Positions 57,974-64,000 of a DNA stretch of 64,000 nt are shown in pieces; position 1 is the stretch's first letter, and every line of letters starts with the position of its first letter. The position numbers and the translations under genes are program-made. The DNA comes from Pseudomonadota bacterium (lineage in GTDB: Bacteria > Pseudomonadota > Alphaproteobacteria > Rhizobiales > Rhizobiaceae): NCBI GenBank assembly GCA_023416545.1, contig JAEZHO010000253.1, positions 3,049 through 67,048 of the forward strand, given 5' to 3'. The notes under the pieces were generated by a model. That model was not told the DNA's origin. It saw nothing but the letters and a program-made list of their open reading frames with translations, and made no database searches.

Positions 57974-58926
57974 CGCGTCGCCTCCGATACAGCGGCCGGC
58001 GCCTTCGCGGCCGATCGTCTGGAGACCATCGTCTCGACCGCGGCCAGCACGCCCTTCGGCAACACGAAGACGATGGCGATGAAGATGAGGCCGAGAATGA
58101 TGGGATAGTGGTTCGGGAAATTGGCCGAGAGCCATTCGAACAGAAGGAAGAGAGGGATGGCGCCCAGCAGCGGGCCCCAGAGCCGGTTCGCACCGCCCAG
58201 CAGGGCCATGATTAGCGTCAGGAACGACGTCGTCGGGTTGAAGACGATGCTGGGCTCGATATAGGTCCAGCGCGGCGCCTGGATCGCACCGACCAGGGTG
58301 ATGATGACCGCGCTGATCGAGAAGAGCGCGAGCTTCACGCCGGCGATGTTGATGCCGCAATGGCTCGCAACCACCTCGTCATCGCCGATAACCTTGAGAG
58401 CAAGTCCCAGCCGGCTGCGGCCGATCGCCCAGGAAAACAGAATGGTCGCAGCCGCAAGACCGAGCAGCTGCCAGTAGATGCCTTCGGGCGTCACCGGCAG
58501 GAAGATGTATCTTCCGAGCGTGCCGGTGATGTTGACTTCGTACCAGGTGACGAGCTGCCGCACGAGTTCGGCAAGGCCGAAGCTGAAGATGACGAAGTAG
58601 ACGCCCGCGAGCCTGAGCGTCGCAAGGCCCACGACGAGCGCGACGGCAAGTCCGACCAGCGCGGCTGCGACAAGGACGAGCGCATAGGGCAGGACTTCGC
58701 TGAGGACGCTCACGGTATAGGCGCCGATCCCGAAGAAGGCGACGGTCGCCAGCGATACGTAGCGCGTCGGACCCGAGAACAGGCCCCAGGCGGTGGCCAT
58801 CACCACATAGCCGGTCATGCCGATCATCAGCGTGACGGCATACTCGCCAGCATAGAGCGGAAGACAGGCGAGCGCTGCGAGCAGGGCCAGGAAGAAGATG
58901 GCGAAGCCGAGATGCTTCAGGGTCAT
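57970..58926 (-). CDS. HAAT ABC transporter permease (LivM-like)
   Basis: FFGIGAY, LRLAGVYF and SRLGLALKVIGDD motifs. Confidence 0.92.
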   Translation of the reverse strand: MTLKHLGFAIFFLALLAALACLPLYAGEYAVTLMIGMTGYVVMATAWGLFSGPTRYVSLATVAFFGIGAYTVSVLSEVLPYALVLVAAALVGLAVALVVGLATLRLAGVYFVIFSFGLAELVRQLVTWYEVNITGTLGRYIFLPVTPEGIYWQLLGLAAATILFSWAIGRSRLGLALKVIGDDEVVASHCGINIAGVKLALFSISAVIITLVGAIQAPRWTYIEPSIVFNPTTSFLTLIMALLGGANRLWGPLLGAIPLFLLFEWLSANFPNHYPIILGLIFIAIVFVLPKGVLAAVETMVSRRSAAKAPAAVSEATR

Positions 58927-59795
58927 CGCGTGGATCTCCCGAACAGGCCGGCCGGACGCCAGAGCAGAACGGCCAGGAAGATGACGTAGGTGGCGGCAAG
59001 CGTGAGGCCCGGATCGAGGTAGGAGGCCACGAAGGTCTCCACGAGCCCGAGGATCAGACCGGCCGAAAGGGCACCCAGGATGTTGCCGACGCCACCCATG
59101 ATGACCACGACCAGCGCCTTCATGGTGAAGACGACCCCGGCCGTGGCCGTGAACGTCTGGTAGGTGGAGATGACAACTCCGCCCGCCGCCGCCAGGCCGC
59201 AGCCGATCGCGAAGGCGAAGCGGGCCGCCCGGTTGACGTCGATGCCGACCAGCGGCGCGGACTTCGGCGCGACTGCCACGGCGCGCAGCGCCGTACCCCA
59301 GAGCGTCCGGGTGAGAAGCAGATAAAGTCCACCGCCGACGACGATTGCGAGCCCGAGCGCGAGAAGCCGGTTGGCGGCGACCACCGCGCCGAGGACTTCG
59401 ACGCCGACATTCAGGTAGTTGTAGCTGGTATAGTTCGAGCCGAAGACGACCAGCATCACACCCTGGATCACGAATAGCAGGCCGAAGGTCGCAAGGATGG
59501 AATCGATTTCCAGGTTCTCACGGCTTGCCGAGCGCAGCACGAGCGGCCTCAGCATCAAACCGTAGATGACGTAGCCGAAGGCGAACCCGATCGGACCCGC
59601 GATGAGCAGGCCGAGCACGGGGTCGATCCCAAACTGGCCATAGAGAACATAGGCCAGGAAGGCGGCGGCGATGATCGTCTCGCCATAGGCAAGGTTCATG
59701 ATCCTTGCGATGCCGTACTGGATCGTCAGCCCCATGGCGATCAGCGCATAGGTTCCTCCAAGCACCAATCCGGAGATGAGGGTGGTGGTGAGCAT
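58923..59795 (-). CDS. HAAT ABC transporter permease (LivH-like)
   Basis: YALIAMGLT, MNLAYG and GTALRAVA motifs. Confidence 0.92.
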   Translation of the reverse strand: MLTTTLISGLVLGGTYALIAMGLTIQYGIARIMNLAYGETIIAAAFLAYVLYGQFGIDPVLGLLIAGPIGFAFGYVIYGLMLRPLVLRSASRENLEIDSILATFGLLFVIQGVMLVVFGSNYTSYNYLNVGVEVLGAVVAANRLLALGLAIVVGGGLYLLLTRTLWGTALRAVAVAPKSAPLVGIDVNRAARFAFAIGCGLAAAGGVVISTYQTFTATAGVVFTMKALVVVIMGGVGNILGALSAGLILGLVETFVASYLDPGLTLAATYVIFLAVLLWRPAGLFGRSTR

Positions 59796-59897
59796 TGCCT
59801 GCTCCTTCTTGCGGGTTCGGCCCTGACGCGCATGTGCCGCCAGATACTGTTCCGGATGCCAGCCGGAAAATGGCCGGCAAGACGCGGATGTCGCATA

Positions 59898-59926
59898 CCT
59901 CCCTCCCCGATTGTCGGGGAGGGAGG
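59898..59926. other. Perfect 13-bp hairpin after the SBP gene
   Basis: CCTCCCTCCCCGA-TTG-TCGGGGAGGGAGG. Confidence 0.7.
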
Positions 59927-59953
59927 AAGGCGCGGATAGCGCCTGTTGCGTCG

Positions 59954-61180
59954 TTACTTCTTCCAGGCCGGCCGCGGGATGACCGCCTGTGCGGCGCCCG
60001 GACGGTCGGACGGCGCGACGGCGACGAACTGGCCGTTCTGCCACTGCCCGGCCCACCAAAGGTCCCGAAGCTGGTTGTCCTCGAGCTTGGTCTCGCCGAG
60101 CACGGTCTGGAAGGTCCCGGAGGCGATTTCCTCGGAAACGGCCTCGCGGTCGAGCCCCTTGCGCTTGATGGCTTCCTGCAGCATTTCCAGCGAAGCGTAG
60201 GTGATTACGCTGGCCCAGTAGTCCGGAGCCTTGCCGGTCGCTGCCTCGTGACGCTTGCGATAGTCCGCGATGGTCTCGCTGGCCCCGTCGATGCCCCCGA
60301 TCCCCATGATGCCGTCGATCGCATCACCATTGTTCTTGGCATAGATCGGGAAGGCCGTGCCGACGCCGAAATAGAGGACCTTGGGATTGAAATCGGCAAC
60401 CTGGGCCTGCTGCGTCAGCGCGAAGGTTTCCGGCGGATAGGAGAAGGCGATGAAGGTATCCGCGCCGCTCGCCTTCGCCTCGTTGATCATCGGCGTGAAG
60501 TCGGTGGTGCCGACCGGGTATGTCTTGTCGTAGACGACTTCGATCCCTGCTTCCTGGAAGGAGGGCCGGGCGGCATTGACGAGGTCGATGCCGAAGCCGT
60601 CGGCGATCGAGATCATCGCGACCTTCTTGTTGATCGTCCCCTTGTCGGCCGCATCGGTCAGGACCTTGGCCAGCGCGCCGGTATAGTCATGACCGCCGCC
60701 GAGCATCCAGAAGCTTTTCTTCCAGCGCTGCACGAATTCGGGCGCCTTGTCGGTCACCGAAGTGGCGGCGAGGTGCGGATAGCCGTAGCGGTCGAGCAGC
60801 GGTGCCGCGGCCAGGTTGTAGCCGGTGCTCCACGGCGGCAGGATGAAATCGACTTCGTCCTGGGTTGCGAGGCGCTGCAAGGCCCGCACGAGTTCCTCCG
60901 CGGAGGAACGGTCGTCATATTCCACGACTTCGATCGGCAGCCGCTTGCCGTCGGGCATTTCCAGGCCGCCCGCTTCGTTCACTTCCTTTACCCAGAGCTG
61001 GTAGTTGGGCAGCGTCGTGATGCCGGTACCGCCGGCGTTGGGGCCGGTCAGCGACAGCGCGTAGCCGATCTTGACCGAAGTGCGATCCTGAGCGGAAGCA
61101 ACCCCGCCCATGCCGAGTGCAAGCGTGGTGACGGCCAGCGCCGTCGTGCGCAGGATGTGCCTGCGTAGCAAATTCCTCAT
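59954..61180 (-). CDS. HAAT ABC substrate-binding protein (possibly aromatic compounds)
   Basis: KIGYALSLTG and YDDRS motifs; RRHIL twin-arginine-like signal; GGAGG RBS; the 767-aa ORF call is over-extended. Confidence 0.9.
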   Translation of the reverse strand: MRNLLRRHILRTTALAVTTLALGMGGVASAQDRTSVKIGYALSLTGPNAGGTGITTLPNYQLWVKEVNEAGGLEMPDGKRLPIEVVEYDDRSSAEELVRALQRLATQDEVDFILPPWSTGYNLAAAPLLDRYGYPHLAATSVTDKAPEFVQRWKKSFWMLGGGHDYTGALAKVLTDAADKGTINKKVAMISIADGFGIDLVNAARPSFQEAGIEVVYDKTYPVGTTDFTPMINEAKASGADTFIAFSYPPETFALTQQAQVADFNPKVLYFGVGTAFPIYAKNNGDAIDGIMGIGGIDGASETIADYRKRHEAATGKAPDYWASVITYASLEMLQEAIKRKGLDREAVSEEIASGTFQTVLGETKLEDNQLRDLWWAGQWQNGQFVAVAPSDRPGAAQAVIPRPAWKK

Positions 61181-61339
61181 GATGTCCTCCCATGGCCCGC
61201 TCCACCGGGCCGTAATGATCTTCTCGGCCTCAACAGAGGTGCGACCGGTCAGACCCTGAGAAGCTAGCAGGTGTTGGCACCGATGAAATAGACTTTCACA
61301 GGAGATACTGGTACTTTTCACGGGAACCTGGACCCCTTG

Positions 61340-62233
61340 ATGAAATCCCCATCTGCCCCCTCGACCGCCACGAAATTCGCCGCCTCGTCCGACCCCATGG
61401 AGGCCCGCCTCTTTCACGGCGGACTTTCGAGCACGGGGTGGACCTTCCGTGGCAGGCGAAGCCGCATCTTCGTCCTCCAGTCCGGAGCAGCGAACCTGAC
61501 CTTCGCGGACCGGGACGTACCGGTCGCCGGCCCCGCCGTGGTCTGGATACCGGCCGACAAGCACGGGGCGATCCTCTTCGATGCAGGCGCCGAGGGCGGC
61601 GCGCTTGCCATTCCGGACCTCCTCCTGGGTTCGGCAATGCCGACCGGGGCAATCTTCTCGCAGGTGCGCGATGCGATCACCCGCCCGATCCTGGGTGCCC
61701 GGCTGGCGAGCGCCGACGCGCGCCACCTGCTGTCCACTATCACCGCGATCGATCAGGAACTGCGCCTCGACATGCCCGGCGCACAGGACGCCGTCCGCCA
61801 CCACCTGGCGCTTCTGCTGCTGCATGTCTGGCGGTTGTCGAAGCCCTCCTCCGAGCAGGCCCAGCCCTCGCCCCGCATGATCCTCCGCGGCTTCGTCCAC
61901 CTGGTCGAGCTTCACGCCCGCGAGCACTGGTCCGTCGCAGAATATGCGGACGCCCTGGGGGTCACTGCGGACCGCCTCAACACCGCCGTGCGCCGGTCGA
62001 CGGGCCGGACGCCGATGGAACTGGTCCACGGCCGCCTCGTCGCGGAGGCGGCAATGCTTCTGGACGGGAGCACCATGCAGATCGCCGAGATCGCCAACGT
62101 CCTCGGCTTCAAGGACCCCGCCTATTTCAGCCGTTTCTTCAAGCGGACGGCTGGGCATTCGCCCCGCGCCCACCGCCAGGACACGGCCTTGAGGCGGACG
62201 CAGCAGGAAACCAATTTCGCCGCCTGGCCCTGA
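61340..62233 (+). CDS. AraC family regulator (PobR-like)
   Basis: WSVAEYADALGV and IAEIANVLGFKDPAYFSRFFKR motifs; divergent from the ABC operon. Confidence 0.92.
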   Translation: MKSPSAPSTATKFAASSDPMEARLFHGGLSSTGWTFRGRRSRIFVLQSGAANLTFADRDVPVAGPAVVWIPADKHGAILFDAGAEGGALAIPDLLLGSAMPTGAIFSQVRDAITRPILGARLASADARHLLSTITAIDQELRLDMPGAQDAVRHHLALLLLHVWRLSKPSSEQAQPSPRMILRGFVHLVELHAREHWSVAEYADALGVTADRLNTAVRRSTGRTPMELVHGRLVAEAAMLLDGSTMQIAEIANVLGFKDPAYFSRFFKRTAGHSPRAHRQDTALRRTQQETNFAAWP

Positions 62234-62343
62234 TGACCTGGGGCATCGGCGGTCCAATCTCGTCGAAGATCAAGGATGCCAAACGCCTCCACCTACACGT
62301 CTCGCGGCAGACAGTCGGGACGAATGGCGACTTGTCTGCGTTC

Positions 62344-62357
62344 TTGATCAGGATCAT
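62344..62357. promoter_or_regulatory. Putative FNR/FixK box upstream of ppsA
   Basis: TTGAT-CAGG-ATCAT, one mismatch to TTGAT-N4-ATCAA. Confidence 0.6.
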
Positions 62358-62438
62358 GGTTGCAGCCGCGCCCGCGGGCTAGCGTCCCTGCTTGCGAGGA
62401 AGCCTATCCGGCGCCTGCCGCAGTCCTGGAGGTCAGCA

Positions 62439-64000
62439 ATGAACGATGCCCGTGCTCCTGTCGTCTGGTTCGAGAAACTAAGGCGGGTCGACGTCGCAAG
62501 GGTCGGGGGCAAGAACTCCTCCCTTGGAGAAATGATCCAGACGCTCCAGCAGGAAGGCGTGGATGTTCCACCGGGCTTTGCCACCACCGCCGACGCCTAC
62601 TGGGATTATGTCGACGAGAACGGCATCCGCGATGCCATGGTCACGCTTACCACCGATTGGATCCAGGGAAGGGCCAGCCTGGCGGAAACCGGTGCGGCCG
62701 TACGCAAGCTTTTCCTCCGCGGCGAGTGGCCAAGGGCGACGGCGGAGGCGATAACCGATGCTTATCGCGAGCTGTCGAGGCGAGCCGGACGCGCCGATGT
62801 CAGCGTTGCCGTGCGTTCGAGCGCGACGGCCGAGGACCTTCCCGACGCAAGCTTTGCGGGACAACAGGAAACCTTCCTCAACGTCGCCGGCGAAAAGGCG
62901 CTCCTCGACGCATGCCGCCGCTGCTTTGCCTCGCTGTTTACTGACCGCGCCATTTCCTACCGGCAGACGAAGGGCTTCGACCACATGAAGGTCGCCCTTT
63001 CCGTCGGCGTGCAACAGATGGTGCGGTCCGACATCGGCGGATCCGGCGTCATGTTCTCCATCGATACCGAGACTGGGTTCGACAAGGTCGTGCTGATCAA
63101 CGCTGCCTGGGGGCTGGGCGAGAACGTCGTCCAGGGCGCGGTTGATCCGGATGAGTACCAGGTCTTCAAGCCCTTCCTCGGCCAGCCGGCGCTGCGCCCC
63201 GTCATCGCCCGGAAGAAGGGCGCCAAGGCCATCAAGATGATCTACGGCACCGGCGAGCAGCCGACGCGCAACGTGCCGACCTCGAAGGCCGAGCGGGAAG
63301 CCTTCGTGCTGGACGACGACGAAATTCTGCAACTGGGGCGCTGGGCCACGACGATCGAGCGGCACTATGGATGCGCGATGGACATGGAATGGGCCCGCGA
63401 CGGCGAGACCGGCCGCCTCTACATCGTCCAGGCCCGGCCGGAGACGGTCCAGTCCAACCGGGCGGCGGCCATCTTCAAGGCATACCACATCAAGAGCCGG
63501 GGAAAGCCCCTCGTCAGCGGGCTTTCCATCGGCGATGCGATCGTCTCCGGCGAGGTCTGCCTGATCGAGACCGCCAGGGATATCGACCAGTTCATCGACG
63601 GCTCGATCCTCGTGACCTCCACCACGGACCCGGACTGGGTCCCCATCATGAAGCGCGCCGCAGCCATCGTCACGGACCATGGCGGGCGCACCTCCCATGC
63701 GGCCATCGTCAGCCGCGAACTGGGCCTGCCGGCGGTGGTGGGGACCGGGGACGCGACGCGCGTCCTGCACACCGGCGAGGCGATCACCGTCTCCTGTGCG
63801 GAGGGTGACGAGGGCATGGTCTATGAGGGTATCGCGGAATACGACGTCGAAACGCTGAACATGGACGACATCCCGCCGACCGAAACCAAGGTCATGCTGA
63901 ACCTCGCGAACCCCGGCGCGGCCTTTCGATGGTGGAAGCTGCCGGCCGACGGCGTCGGTCTCGCACGCATGGAGTTCGTGATCAGCAATGCGATCCGCAT
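62439..64000 (+). CDS. ppsA: Phosphoenolpyruvate synthase, 3'-truncated by the window (absent from ORF track)
   Basis: My translation: VGGKNSSLGEM, AVRSSATAEDLPDASFAGQQET and GGRTSHAAIVSRELG; GGAGG RBS. Confidence 0.95.
   Translation, partial: MNDARAPVVWFEKLRRVDVARVGGKNSSLGEMIQTLQQEGVDVPPGFATTADAYWDYVDENGIRDAMVTLTTDWIQGRASLAETGAAVRKLFLRGEWPRATAEAITDAYRELSRRAGRADVSVAVRSSATAEDLPDASFAGQQETFLNVAGEKALLDACRRCFASLFTDRAISYRQTKGFDHMKVALSVGVQQMVRSDIGGSGVMFSIDTETGFDKVVLINAAWGLGENVVQGAVDPDEYQVFKPFLGQPALRPVIARKKGAKAIKMIYGTGEQPTRNVPTSKAEREAFVLDDDEILQLGRWATTIERHYGCAMDMEWARDGETGRLYIVQARPETVQSNRAAAIFKAYHIKSRGKPLVSGLSIGDAIVSGEVCLIETARDIDQFIDGSILVTSTTDPDWVPIMKRAAAIVTDHGGRTSHAAIVSRELGLPAVVGTGDATRVLHTGEAITVSCAEGDEGMVYEGIAEYDVETLNMDDIPPTETKVMLNLANPGAAFRWWKLPADGVGLARMEFVISNAIR

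Noticed and set aside
61181..62257. N-terminal extension of the 767-aa ORF 59954..62257, an apparent large SBP fusion
   Set aside because: The extension is antisense to the AraC gene; the SBP has its own RBS and signal peptide at 61180
62478..63770. 430-aa minus-strand ORF
   Set aside because: Antisense shadow of ppsA with no recognisable motifs

Overview
High-GC window whose proteins look alphaproteobacterial, most likely Rhizobiaceae (inferred from protein families and gene order); the patchwork of accessory modules would fit a chromid or megaplasmid. In order: the end of a Wzy-type polysaccharide cluster (polymerase, deacetylase, three glycosyltransferases, GH-A clan hydrolase); a stress islet (DUF892 protein, small proteins, PLD/YbhN-like/YbhP-like triad); cydAB plus a small DUF2474-like gene; MFS, TetR and aminotransferase genes; an LLM oxidoreductase; DUF763; a Mo-oxidoreductase; acyl-CoA dehydrogenase-mmsB; modBC; a hexuronate locus (uxaC, TRAP, FadR, kduI, kdgF); glpR-glpD and a glycerol ABC transporter; allE; nspC with its dehydrogenase; galE; a second TRAP; TerC; an AraC/ABC/aldehyde dehydrogenase module; and the start of ppsA. 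I saw no rRNA, tRNA, CRISPR array, transposase or phage gene. The main signal not explained by the ORF track is about 11 matches to the EcfG/RpoE2 general-stress promoter (GGAAC-N16/17-NNTT) just upstream of stress-type or unknown genes. These include two back-to-back pairs with identical spacing and one palindromic bidirectional promoter within the putative lipid-remodelling triad. I cannot claim a wholly new system from sequence alone; the triad and its promoter architecture are the best candidate. All assignments come from reading motifs by eye, with no database search.
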